A stretch of DNA of 64,000 nucleotides from assembly GCF_022539665.2 (NCBI RefSeq), contig NC_081331.1, positions 1,054,001 through 1,118,000 on the forward strand. Reading direction: 5' to 3'. The notes beneath the pieces are model-generated. The model had not been told where the DNA came from. It saw only the letters and a program-made list of their open reading frames with translations, and ran no database searches. The position numbers and the translations under genes were made by a program. Source of the stretch: Daphnia carinata. Its lineage: Eukaryota. Shown piece after piece: positions 41,201 to 54,900 of the stretch (the stretch's first letter is position 1; every line of letters starts with the position of its first letter).

Positions 41201-44200
41201 CAGACCCAAAAAGCGAACGGATCGATAGTTGCAGCCTCGAAGATGGCAACTGCATTATTTTGCATGTACTCAATACTTTACTGCATGAGCACACATCTGA
41301 GATACGTCGCAGATTGTATATGAGCTATCATTGGCCAACAACATATGATGGCCAAATGACAGTGAAAATATTGCACGGTAATTGGAAATGACGCGAGTTC
41401 ATCATCCCGCGACTATCGAATGCGATAGTCGATTTCGTTCGATTCCTTTTATGCATCCACGATGCGTTTTCTGGCTATGTAGACGGTGTCTAGACTGTTA
41501 TTGCTATTTATACATGATACAGCATTTCCAGTTTAAAATCTCTTAATCCTTGAGTTTATTGCCATCTTCAATGCGGGGTTGGGGGGGGGGGGTAGATCTT
41601 GCTATTTAAAAAATACTATTTCCTTTTGTATGCGTCTGTGTGTGGATGCTTAGAAAAGAAAAGTAAAACTGGGATCTCTTTTCACGATAGATGCAGTGTA
41701 TAAGCAAAGAGAAAAAGCGGAAGGATGTAATGCCGAGTGTGCTGAGTAAACATGTTATTTTCTTTTTCGTTTTTATTTTTCGCTCTTTTCTCACTGCGGC
41801 GCCGATGAGGTAACATAAGGATCGAAAACACATTCACCTACGCCTATATTTGCTCAGTGTCTCTGTGTGTGTTTGGACAAAAAAAAGCATGCAGGGGAAG
41901 AGGGGGGGGGGGGGTAAAGTGGATGGCATCACTTGGATACATGGGCCATGTCAATATACTTTGTGTCTATATACGCTCGTCATGCGTGTGGAGTATCATG
42001 AATATTAGCCATTCAAGGTGTTGGTCTTTGATGGATCATCACGAACGAAAGTCCAGCGTCTAAATGTCTCTTATATAGTATTTTTTATAGTTGATTTACT
42101 TTGATCTCGGAGATAACTCATAAATGCAAGAGTACAACGGTGGGATGGGTTCATTCAGTGTGAAGCAGTCATTGCCAAAGAGTTTGAAAACCCCAACAAG
42201 TTTAAACGTGCGTGATAAATGTCTTTCTCTTTCACTGTTGTAGACAGCCAAAAAATGGGGGGGGGGGGCCGATCATTCACTATTTCTGTTGTTTGAATAC
42301 CTCCATTTACAGTATAGATATGTGTATTCAAATAGCGTAATATGCGTAATAGCTGTCAACATTATTCATGTATCCGGTTGTGTCCGTCCCTTTTTATTGC
42401 ATCTCATCGTCCACCGCTGTTTTCTTGCTCGAAGCAAAGAAAAAGTCGCTTTTGCCAGATTTGAAAGCCACAGAATTGGAATCCGACCTACACGTATACC
42501 GTTTTTCTTGTTTTTCAAACTGCATAATATTGGAAGTGGGAGGCCGGAATTGCCAATACTTTTCTTTTTCCAAATGTCACAGTGTATAAGCCCCGTGTGT
42601 TCGTGGACGGGCGTAAACTTTCTGATACATCTAATCGAAAATCGGGAAGCAAAGGACGCGTTGCTAAAGTAAGCGGCAAAGTACTTGTACACTTTCCCAA
42701 TCGTCCATAACAACATGGATATTGGTGCTGCTTATGTCGGCTACATAAGCCCATATAAATGTATAAGGACGTACACAAAGAACGACGTAAGACTTCCGCA
42801 GGGAGAACGGATCACAAGGGGGCTACGGTTCCTATGTATACAGGATAAAGGGCGAAAGATTTCGAGTAACATTCGAGACATAATTCCAGCAATGGAGGAA
42901 AAAGAAGAAACAGGTAAATTAGGAGAGATGTAGTGAGATTACTCGTTCCCTGTGGGAACGTTAGTGAAAAACAAACGCTTCTATATTACTAAAATAGTAG
43001 GCACAAGTGCGAATCGTATTGACACGATTTGTTGCAATTCTTATTCTATACTTGTCCCAACTCCTTCTCCCCCCCCCCCCCAAAAAAAAAAGTTTTCTAT
43101 TCAACGTTCTAGAGAATCGATTTCTTTAGCGTTTTTGTGTTGCTTTTATCGAGCTATTAAGTGGCAAGTTGCGAGTAAAGTGCCCATTGAACGGGCAAAT
43201 TCACGGAGGCCCGTGTTTGTATTTGGTCGTACAGGCTGGTTTTAAAAGAAACGAATAAATTTTGCAGCTTTTGGCGAAAGAGGAAAATTTTATTCCGTAT
43301 ATATGTACACAGACACGAATCACCAAACAAAAACACGAAACACAATGTTTTATTAAGAATTGGTAGGAAACACATACCGAGGCCTAAACCCATTAAACTA
43401 TTAATGCGAGTTGTTTATTTTACTTTATCTCATTTCCGCGTTTTCACACTAGAAAGCCAAAGAGGCATCATTAATCATTTCACGAACCACGTGACTTCCT
43501 ATGTCGCTTTCTATCTTAAAAAAGACGCATTCTTATTAGTCGTGTCTGCCCTATATAAATTGAACAACCTACATGCAACCATATTGATTGGCTCTTCATG
43601 ACGAATTTTGTTCATCAAGGACGCACTGTTAAATCCAATGTAGGCCACTCTTCAAAACGTGTAATCATTGACAGCGCGCGTTTTCCACAAATTGTATGGG
43701 ACTACGTGCCAAAAACAGAGAGAAAAGGTTGTTTTAGCTACTCAAATGATCGTTCAAACGAAAGAGGCCCGTCAACCACGTTTTTGAACTTGCAATCAAA
43801 TCGACAGATTTAGATTCTAATTTGCCAAAGGGTGCTGACATGTTCAACGCTGTATGTACGTAGCATAAATATAGCATTTTGTAATAGATATATATGCTTC
43901 AACTTGATTAGCCTCGTCATCTAGTTTTCTTTACTCGTTCCCTTTGTCGATGGATTCCACTTTCTTTGATCTACGCACTGCGTAAATGTCTGCATAAATA
44001 ACGTATTCAAATGTGCTTTATTGCCCATTTTTTTTTTCTTTTTATTCAAACTTTCATTTTTCTATCAAGGGAATCGCGTAATTGATTCTTGCCACACCCT
44101 GTAATCTGCGCGATATATCTTGGGAACGCTAAAGAATAAGAAAGAAAATAAAAAGATTGGAAGCATATCTACTTTTACAGGCTTATTATGTTATCAAAAC

Positions 44201-44861
44201 TGCGGGGGGAAAAAAATGTGTAAAAAAAAATTCTACGTGTACAGAAGGATAGTAATGTGGAGCATTTTTTTATATTAGCAAAAAGATAATAACCAATCAT
44301 GTTAGACGGCACGGAACACCAGTCCTTTATAGTAACAGCTAGTGCATTATTTACATGCGAGCCAGTTGCGGATCGCATTGATACGCGATGATTCGATCGT
44401 ATGTCAGTTTTCTTTTGCAAAACAAAAAAAAATTGCGTACAAGAAATGGCAAAGGCAAAATTGTATATGCCACATATAGTGGCAATTGATGGCGTACGAA
44501 AATGAAACAGTCAAACGATTTAGCTCCCCTCCGTATGACTTAAAATCAATAAAGTGCCTCACTTCCAAGGAATAAAAAAGAAAAACGATCGATGGCGTCT
44601 CTACTCCCCTTTCTGATGTGTAATACTCGTATAGGTTGAAGCGTTTAGATTCTTGTTGCTGTCCGCGCTTGATATTCGTTGCTATTCTTGTTGGTTTTTA
44701 TATGAAAAAATATTCTATTTGAATACACAAAGGTGGCTCGTTTTCTCCCTTTTAAACAGAGGAAACCGCCACATTCGCGAATCTGCAAGGGAACTAGCCT
44801 TTTCAAGTGAATGAATAACACAAAGGATATACAGCGTCCAGTTCTATACGCTACATTATGC

Positions 44862-44885
44862 GTGTGTGTGTGTGTGTGTGTGTGT
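44862..44885. repeat. (GT)12 microsatellite
   Basis: Direct reading of the sequence. Confidence 0.9.
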
Positions 44886-45245
44886 AAAACGGCGTATAAT
44901 ACGCGAGAACAGCATTTTATCCTCAAGGTATTTCAGCCCATATTTGCGTATTGTGTAAGCGAATAATCTTCCTTTCCTCTTTGTTCACCGTCGACTGTAT
45001 ATTTTTTAGATTTTTACGATGTATATTTTACTACACCGGAATCCTTTTCAAGTAGAGTTATACGTCTTTTAATGTTTTTTTTTTTTTTTTGCCCGTGTGG
45101 GTCATTCGTTATCGTCTTTGATTACGACTTGAATGTTCGATTTCCGTGCCGATGTCCTTTCTCGATTTTGATGTATTCTTTTCTGACTGACAGGAATAAT
45201 GCACATCCATTCTGCTGTCGGATAGAGCGATCATCAGTTGTAATC

Positions 45246-48200
45246 ATGAAGCCACTACAGCCGCTTAGCACCGTCTTCCTTCTTATTGTGTCCATCGTCA
45301 CGTTCGCCTCGTCTGCCCTTCGTAAGTTTAAACTAAGATATGATTTCCTTCAACGTTTGAATAGCCATGACATTCTTCATTCTATATAGTTAAGCAGACT
45401 CGATTCTATCTTAAATGGTCCTTGCTTCGGGCTTGTGTGTATATCGTTAAGAGTAACGATATTATTCTGACCCATTTCCAGCATCCGTTGTTTACATGTC
45501 AAGTTTTTTTGCCCCTTTTTTTTGTGTTCATCACTGGGCAAATAGAGCAGTGGCTCGGTGATGTATTCACATAAAAATGGTTTTGGGCGGAGCAAATGGT
45601 CGACAGAAGATGTTACCTCGAATATGATGGATGTAACGCGTGAGCTATATATGCCTAGCTGCTGATGCTCTTTGAATTCATGACTTCTTTCTTAGTTCTT
45701 TTTGTTGAATACGTCCCCTTCTCTTGCCGAGGGATTGCGTGTGCCCGATTGACGCGGAATAACGCCGACTTAATGTTGCGGAAAGAAGGGAGAAAAAAAA
45801 AACCCAATTCGGAATAATAGTCGTCATTTGCGGCTGTTGCTGGATGAAGAGCATTTCATTTCAAGCGAGAAACGGCTTTTTCTTTATTTATATACACAGT
45901 GAAAAAAAAAAAAAATGTTTATATAGAACAAGGCGAAAAAGGCGGACGGCATCACGCACAGTAGCTAAAAGGACATGTACATCCACAAAAAAAAAGGGGG
46001 GAATGAGTTACATGAATAACAGCCGAAGAAACCATGCATCTTGAGAGGCAAGCAGCAATGAAGAACGCAGTGGGTTGGCAACGTTTCAAGAAATGTCGTT
46101 GTTGTTTCTTGCTCGTGTCGCGGAGCATTGACTGGATGCAGGCGGCTGTATCAGGACACGGCCGCATTTTTTTTTTTAAGGGCGGCTGTATAGAACGGCC
46201 TCACTTCTCGTAACAACCCAAGTTCAGCACGATAAAGCAATCCTTCTTTCAAACATATATACTACGCTATAGTGTACATATATATATCCTGTCTGCGGTT
46301 TAAGCGATGACAAGGTTAACGAGGGGCAATTTTTTTTCTTTGCGGTAGTCAGTTGTTTGTGAGGACGTCAAAAGTAGGAAAAAAAAAAAAGAAAAGGCAA
46401 TGAGTTTTCTTTTTAGATCGTCCGTATCGCGGTTTCTGGTTGGTTTTCAAAGTGAATTAGGTGAATTTGGATCTGAAACAACGCAAAGCGGGCAGCTCAG
46501 ACATTTAACAAGGAAAACAATTTTCTGTACATTGTCAAACTATTTTCCTATTCGCCGAATCAATTTCCACTGTACCTTCTGTACGTATGGTGACCACTCC
46601 ATCAAATTGGTGCAGTACCCAGAACATCTCGATTGTGATGCAATGGTTTATTACAAGGCTGCTTTAAAATGTCATTTTCCACTTTTATACGTAAGGAGAA
46701 ATGCTCTTTCTTTTCCTGCAGTGCATCGTTCGTAGCATCAGCAATGGTATACGTAGACAACTAATCCGATTACAGGCAAACGGTTATACTTCAAAAATAA
46801 AAGCAATTCACCGTCCTTGGCTTTAAAAAAATGAAAACAAATGGATGTAATGGCCATGAAGTGCATTAATAATTGTTCGCACACACATTCAGCAAGAGGC
46901 TAAGTTTAAATTTCTGTTGGAAAGTCATCAAATATATACGGGAAGGGATACGTGAACATTTCGTTCTACAGAAGACGTATAGAATGATGCAACATGAGCC
47001 TTGTCCTAAACACTTTAGGGTCTTCGCGTCCTTCACGTTGCTGGGAAAGAAAAACCAATCGTCCAGCGATAGAATGGTCTATATAGCTAAAGAGAATTTG
47101 ATTGGGTTGCCATAGTCTTGTTTTGACAATACCCTCCTAACAAGAAAACCCACCCAACGTTGTGTGCACAAAATAAGAGGGGCATTCTTCTATACGATTA
47201 GACTCTGTTGTATTTCGCGATGTGTTGGAACTGTTATCGCTATTTTCTCCGGCTATCGTTCTTTTCTTATACATAGAAATATATAGAACACCCTTATCGA
47301 CACATACAATTGAAAGCTAGAGATTGGCTAACAGATTCATTTGGAAAAAAAAACAAAAACGTTTTTAGATGAAAAAGAAAATGAAGTGAGCATCGCTCCC
47401 CTTGCACTCACAGCCGAGGATTATGCGTCGAGTATACAGCGTCCAGGCGATGACGATGGAGGTGGTACTAGTCGGCACAGTTTGACCGATGCAGCAGCCA
47501 TTAATTTAGCGGAGCGATCGCCGCGCTTCGAGGATCCATCCGGACACGCCAATGTCACCGTCCAGTTGGGCGGCACCGCTTTCCTCAACTGCAGAGTCCT
47601 GGATCTTCAGGATAAGACGGTAATATTCAGCATGTATTTATATAGCTGTGATTATTACGATTAGCTTTTGTTCTATAATTGGTCGACGTTTGCAGCAAGT
47701 GTCGTGGGTGCGACGTCACGAACAAGAATTGCATTTGCTTACAGTCGGCATGCAAACGTACAGCACGGACTCGCGGTTCTCGCTCCATTTTCAGCATCCC
47801 AACGACTGGCGGCTGCAGATCAAGTTCGCCCGTCCTCGCGATGAGGGCACCTACGAGTGCCAGGTTTCCATCCATCCACCTCGCATCTACACTGTTCGAC
47901 TCATCGTAGCAGGTATCTTATCATTTCACTTATCATTTTTTTTTTTTACATATAGCTATGGTCTGTGTGTTTAGCAGCACGCTTCCTTTACTTAACTGGT
48001 AACCTCTTGCTAACTGTTGACTGGGCACGTTATAGAAACGTTGTTCGAGCCGTACGCCTCATGTCGCCATAGTGACTTTGCACACGGCAGCAGCAGAGTC
48101 CAACTTATTTTCATGTAACCTAAAAATTTCAGTCACGCATACCGTCTTAAAAGTCGAAATGCAATAAGGTCGAACTAATGCCTTGTAAAAGCGGCGTGTT

Positions 48201-51200
48201 CGTGAAAAGAGGCAGACAGTTACGTGTAGTCTGTATTATAACGGGTTAGCGGGAGCGACGAAAATGGAACTTGTGCCAATTAACGAGTCGTGATTGCTAC
48301 GTGTTGTGAGTAACGAGGGAGATGGCGCCGCGGCGCTTGTCATGATTGAACGCTGCTAATCACTTCGTAACGTATTCAATAATGAATAAGACTTTGATGC
48401 TATTCCCGTCGTACTGGAGACGTTGTTACACGCATGCCAACTGAACGTCGAAAGCAAAAGCTTAGATGCTTTCAAAAAATCAAGAGGGGGAGGGTGTTGA
48501 TTGACTCGGTACCGCGTAACCCCTTTGCGGTGGAACTTTTTTTTTTTTTTGTCTCTCGTCATTTAAAATATTAAATACAAGTGACGTACGTCGGATGCAG
48601 CAGTGGCTGTATCTCCGTGAATCATTCGGATCAATAGAATGGCGGGGAACAGTCGAGCAGCAACTAAACCTGATATTCAGCATTTCACGCTATTTTTGAT
48701 ATTTTAATAGGGCTGAAACAAACCAGAATGAAATCAAGTACATATTTGTGGGGAAGAATGTCACCTAATAAAGACCGACTTGTGCTTGTTAATTTCGATT
48801 TCATTTTCTGGCAATTTCATTATGCGGGGGCATGCGACGTACGCCGTACATCGCAACGAGACCCTGGATATGCCTCTGATTGAAAATTCTTTTGAAGGCA
48901 CAGTTCGGTTTAACTTCGTTGGGATTTTGAATCTATGATACATTTTAGCTTGGCTGTATATTACAGGCGTACACGTGTGGACAAGGCTAAAGCCGTCTGT
49001 GTGTAAGAAAGGGGGAGGGGGGCAACATGGAAATCATTCAAAAACAAGAAGAGCAACTCGCTTTTCTTGATATTGTGTAGTCCGCCCTGTTCATCGTCTC
49101 GCTTGGCTTATTCAATAAGAAGCCATCTCGTTGCTTTGGTCTTGTTTTCTTTCCTGGGTTCATAGGTGACGATTGCTACATACCGACTTGCTCTTTCATT
49201 CCAAACGTCTTTGATCAACGAACTTCATTTAGTAGAAGAAAACTAGAGTTTTTATGTTTTATTGGATGCATTGGGAACAGTAAAAAAAAACACTCGACAA
49301 CGGCTAAATTCTTGCTGGACGTGAAATTGCGAAACGCCCGTCAACGATTCTTTGTGTTGATTGACATTCAAAGTCGAGTCACGCGACTCCGCACAATGGA
49401 CGAGCCTCTCTCTTTCCATTCATCAGCATTCACGCAAAAAATGACATCAGATGCATCGAAACAAGTCTAAAATTATGTTGGGTACCGATAAAAAGAAAAC
49501 CGTAGGAATTTTATGAGTCTGACGATAACATCTTCAATCAAATGTGATTTTAGAGTTGTTATTTTCTCTTCCGTGTACAGTACAGACAAAGGGGTGAAAT
49601 GAAAAGATTACAGATGTCAAGGCAAAAAGAAAAAGAGTTATTTTAAAAGTTAGTTTTTTACAAGAGCTTGCGTGTGCCTTTCAAGTTTTCAGCCTAATAA
49701 GCTTCCAACCTCTCGACTCCTATACGTTTCCTACTACATTTTTCACTTGCGTCGTCTATAAATATTCTCGACATCCATTGCTGCTCCCCGGCATGTTTAT
49801 TCCTTATTTCCGTGTTTCCTATTTGAGAGCCTTTGTATTTCGTGTTTGACTCTATCCAGTACAAAATAGTCTCGTGTACTTCTATTTTATTCCCTGGGAA
49901 TAACTGAATTTGCCTCAGGTATCGCGCGAGATCCTGGTCCATAACTTCTTTTGCTTTCACGAAAGGCCGTGAACATTGTCACCGGCACGACAGGCACTTT
50001 TGTCCAAGGCGCTTTTCTTTTTGCCTCCGCTTGCTCGGGTGTTTCCACTTGTGTACCGATTGATTGGATTGAAAGTGTAGACAACGAAAAGGACATTTTT
50101 ACACTGTTCTTTCTATACACATTTTGGCAATGACTTTTCTCTCAGCACTTTGTCAGCCCCCTTTTTCTCGCCAGTAATGTCTTTGAATTGTTTAGTTTGA
50201 CCTTCTTTTTTCTTTTGGCTTATGCGCTAGACGATCGTGACGGCAAAATGTCAACGCGTTTCCTTTGCGAGATGGGACAATGAATTCGAAACGTTACACG
50301 TATATAATAAAAAGTCCTTGAAAATAATATTTTCCACATTTACTTCCGGAAAAGTGTCAATGGTTGGCTTCTACGGAAATCCTCTTGTCTCCACACTTGA
50401 TCTGCGTTTCTTAGTATTATTTTTAAAAAAAATTTATTCTGCGTGTGACTCAAGCCTCGATTGCCTGAAGATTCCATCTATAGATTTGCACCACTTGTGA
50501 CGCAAACATCTGGTGTTATTCAATTTCGCCTACATCCCCCAATGTGAATTGTGTAGTTTGAGAACGTTCTCAGCCTTGCGCTACCTTCCATAAGCCCCTT
50601 TTGAATCAATTCAATATCGGGGAAGTATTACCACTGAGCTGTGGGAACCCGTCACAGGAATCGAAACACAATACGCGATGGTATCAGTTGTTGCGTTGCT
50701 CAACTGGGAGCAGGGCACAAAAAAAAAGGCTTTTTAAATCGAAATGAAATGGAAACTCGCGTTTGTGATATTGAACAAGTTTTGGGTCTATTTAATTTTT
50801 TGTCAGCAAGTAGACTTTTTTAAATTTTGAATCTTAACTATTTAATGACATTTTCTTTGTTTTCTTGCCCTTGTGATCGCCAAAATGATTATAGTACCGA
50901 GTGTGGAGATGGTGGACGACCACGGCCGCGTAATTGAGGAGAAGATCTACAAGACAGGAAGCACGATTGAGCTCAAGTGCGTCGTCAGCAAAGTACCGGG
51001 CCCCACTGCCAACGTCATGTGGCGTCACGGACTGCGAATACTCAATTACGACACTTCACGTGGCGGAATCAGGTGAGCATCTTATTTTTTCTTCCTCCCC
51101 CTGGATTTCGTGCCCTTCCTCTGTCGTACCGGAAACATCTCTCAAGATAACCGAGTCGAGTTTTTGATTGAACTCTTTGGGTCGTTCCCGTTGGCCGAGG

Positions 51201-51988
51201 AGGACGAGTTCTCCTCTGTGTTCATTCGTCTTTTGACTGTTCATTTGCTTCCTTGTTCAAGTGTCAAAACCGACCTGTTGCCCTATGGCGCCGTCAGTCG
51301 CCTGTATATCGCCAACGCCAGTCAACGCGACGCCGGCAATTACACGTGCAACATCTCCGAGTCATCGTGGACGACCGTCGTGGTCCACATCCTGAACGGT
51401 ACGTGCATGTGAAAGACACACAAAAGAGAGCGAGCATATTTTCTTTGGAAAATGCGATGATACCACAAAGTGCAATTTGACGTCGAACCTATTCTCTGGC
51501 GTCTCTGCTTTTGTTTGCTTCGTCCACATTTCGTGGATCAAAGCAACAGGAAAATGGTAATGGAGAACAAACAACAACAGCTTTCCTAGACACATGATTA
51601 TGTTTCCCCTTCCAGTCTGTTGGATATATAGAGTTTCTCTGATTATCTGCATGCTAGCCATTTTAATTCTCGCACGAATGTTCACGTCTCGCTCTCTTGT
51701 AAACGCATAAAAGAAACGAGTTGTTCAGACGGGGCAAAAGGATTCGGCAACCCATGGTGGCGTGCATCGTCTCGTTGACGCAATTTTACTGCAACAATCA
51801 CCGACTGACTTTTCTTTTTCTCTTTTCTGTTGGCTTGTTTCTTTTTTTGAAATGGCACAGGCGAACATCCAGCGGCAATGCAGCACGGCCAGTCATCATC
51901 GTCGGAAAGGAGACCGCTCGTCATATCTATGCTCGTCGTTGTTATGGCCTCATGGTTCTTCATGTGGAAATGTTCTTTTAGTCGGTAA
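45246..51988 (+). CDS. dpr14: Defective proboscis extension response (Dpr) family two-Ig-domain cell-surface protein, Dpr14-like, ~313-328 aa
   Basis: Exons 45246-45321 (signal peptide MKPLQPLSTVFLLIVSIVTFASSAL), 47369 or 47414-47619, 47696-47912, 50895-51072, 51262-51398, 51861-51988, with consistent phases. Ig1 reads C-RVLDLQDKT..VSWVRR..PNDWRLQI..DEGTYECQVSIHPP. Ig2 reads YKTGSTIELKCVVSK..LNYDTSRGGISVKTD..SRLYIANA..DAGNYTC. These are followed by LNGEHPAAMQH and a hydrophobic GPI-like tail. The Dpr14 assignment is from recalled similarity; the family call is firmer. Confidence 0.88.
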
Positions 51989-54900
51989 CCCGCACGTCAT
52001 ATAGAACTGAGAAAAGAAGAGATGTCCATCGTTTTGGGCCATCAGTGCGTGCCCGACGGAGAAGCAACAACATTAAGCGACATGACAACAAGAGAGACCA
52101 CACGCAGTGCTAAGAGAAAGGCAATGGAGCTCAACCCAAAAATCGGTTTATAATTTATCGAGGCGGGAGACGCGGCGACGTCAGCCGACCGTAAAACCAC
52201 TGCTAAACAAATAAACGAATCAAATATTAAATAAACCAAACACGCAAGGCTTTGCTGTGTGGACGTATATACCTACAGCCGAACAAAACAGGTTAAGCTA
52301 TCGTGGCCAATACCAAGAACTCATTTTCCGGTCGAGAAACAGCTATGTCTATTCGTGATTCAAAGAGCTTCAATTGCACGTATTCGATGTACGTACAACA
52401 TCGCACAGTTCTAACGAAAAACAAACAATAAATCCCTTCGTTTGTCAACGCTTCATTTCGTTCATAGTTTAGTGGCCAGTGAAGTCCGGCGTATGTGCTT
52501 TACATTGTGTGGTGTGCGTGATATAAAGACTTGAAAAATCCAGTTATGGTGTTCGGCCTGATGATGATGCTCGCGTTCAACTCGAATAGAAACTGGATTT
52601 CGGTTTTAGGAGTTATGGAGCGTGCGAGCAGAGGCGTATCAGCAAGACTGGGTGCACATCCTCCCCCTTCTTCCTTCAAAAAAAAAAAATAAAATAAAAT
52701 AACGTGAACGACAGCCGATCAATAAACGAGTAGAAGATTTCCACTAGTCTCAAACGATCGCGTGCGACGTAGACGTCGTCGTCGTTATCGGAACGAAGCA
52801 ATGCAACATGCTCGTTATATTCTGCACAAAAAAAAAAATAGTCGCTAGACAGTGGAGGGAAGGAACCGTTGTTTGCAAAATCAAATATATTCAGCCGAAG
52901 TAAAATCGTGTAACAAGCACGTCCTCTACGTGTATGTGTTCGCTGCCCAATTGTGACTATCGATGTGGTGAGAATCCCAAATCAGCCCATTGGTGAACAA
53001 AAAAAAAAAAGATTTGCCAACATTTTGAAAAGATAAGAAAAATACAAAATTGACCTCGTTTTACGCGATCAATACGGTCACGCAATCAACTGACGAGTTT
53101 TCTACCGGTCAGTTTATGCTTGCACACACGTGTTTCATATTAGTTTTATGTGACGTTTCCCCAGTCCTTGGTTGGCGGTACATCTGAGAAGGATGACTTG
53201 ATTGCCTTTTTCAATTTCCACCACTGTAGTCAGTTTCTTTTCTTTTTTTCGCTCAACGCGGTCATCATTGCAGCACGCCCTTGTTTTTCGTAGAACAAGT
53301 CCTCCATGTACTTGCTTTCCTCTCCGTTGATTCGCGGCTGCTTTTCGTAATGACGAGCAAAATCACAAACAGAGCCGCTTCAGGCTCCGTGAGGCCATGC
53401 GGATCTGGATAGCCAGATGGCAAATCAGAACCCTATAGCTCCATATAAACTGTGTGCCCATGATGGACTAGCTGGATTGCATCAATTTCGCATCGGTGAC
53501 TTTTTGCAGCCACTGCACACGACCATACAACAGCATGTCCTCTCCACAATATATATACACCGACATTATACAAGACCTGCTTGTTTGAGATTCATGTTTC
53601 CCCTTCAATCGTTTGCCTCTTGCAAACCGACATATTTGCTGTGGACCTCCTCTTCGTGGCTAAGTGGACCTAGCATCAATACATGACACGCCGACTTTAT
53701 AGATGACGTGCAGATTATACCGCTAAAACAAGATTCGCGTGTTGTTTGCCGTGTTTTTACATAGACCCTGTGGCTCTCTCCAGTATATATACATACATTC
53801 ACTATAACGTGTAACTCACTGTTTTTGGACCCTTTTTTTTTCCTTTATACTCACGATTGGCTCATCAAAATGTCAACATGTTATAATGAAAAAAAAAAAG
53901 AAAAAAAAAATCCTGCATAGACATAATGTATAGCCGTCCGCTCGCGACGTCAACATCCATTTTTGACTAATGTGTTTGGGTTTGTTGTCTAAACAGTATT
54001 ATATTATTCGCATACATATATATTACTGTGCGTATAGAAATAGTAAACTATACGGAATGGCGTCGATTTCTGTGTGACACCTTAACTCAATAAGACAAGA
54101 ATCTGAAAGAAAAAAAGAGCGGAATTGTATTTCCATTATCCTAAAAGAAAAATCGGCCAAAAATTCTTTTAACTATTCATTTTGATATTACTGTCCACCA
54201 TGTCAACAGCCCCCTTTTTTTTCTTTAATAAAAAAAAAACCAACAAACAAACAAAAATATTTAGCGGGTGGCGTACACGAAAAGCCGCAGCGACACATCG
54301 GATCGAAACGACGAATGGCTATTACAAGAACCCTACACTATGTGAAAATCGATTTTGAGTTGATGACGCGTGTGACGCAACCAAATGTAAACCCACAAAT
54401 CACATGGTTATTTCATTTGAGGAAAAATGATAGAAACCAAAAAAAAAAAAATAAAATAAATAACTAGAAAAATACATTGGTCACAGATTTATTAATACTA
54501 AACCACTGTGCACTTTTTTTTTCAACCACCTTTCGTGAAATACGCCTACTTCTGTCACAAGTTTTGAAAAGTAGATGAAACTCTCTCCACGGTTAGCCTG
54601 ATTTTTTTTTTTGTTGATTTTCTAGATGGTGGGCAAAAGTACACGTCGCTACGTGACGTAGTTATGGGGATGAATATCTCGTACAAACTCTCATACGGCA
54701 TGCAAAGCTGGCAAAGAAGGCCAAAAAGTGAGGCGAGAGGCGAAGATTTTGTGTGTGGGTGCGTCATCTTCCTTTCTATCATTATGCATGAGTTGCGAGT
54801 TTATTGATGTCAGACATCCGATGCCTTCATCTCTATAAAACACTATTTATTTTGAGTGGAATAAGCGTGGAAACACGGTTAGGGATACAGGAGCCAGCCA

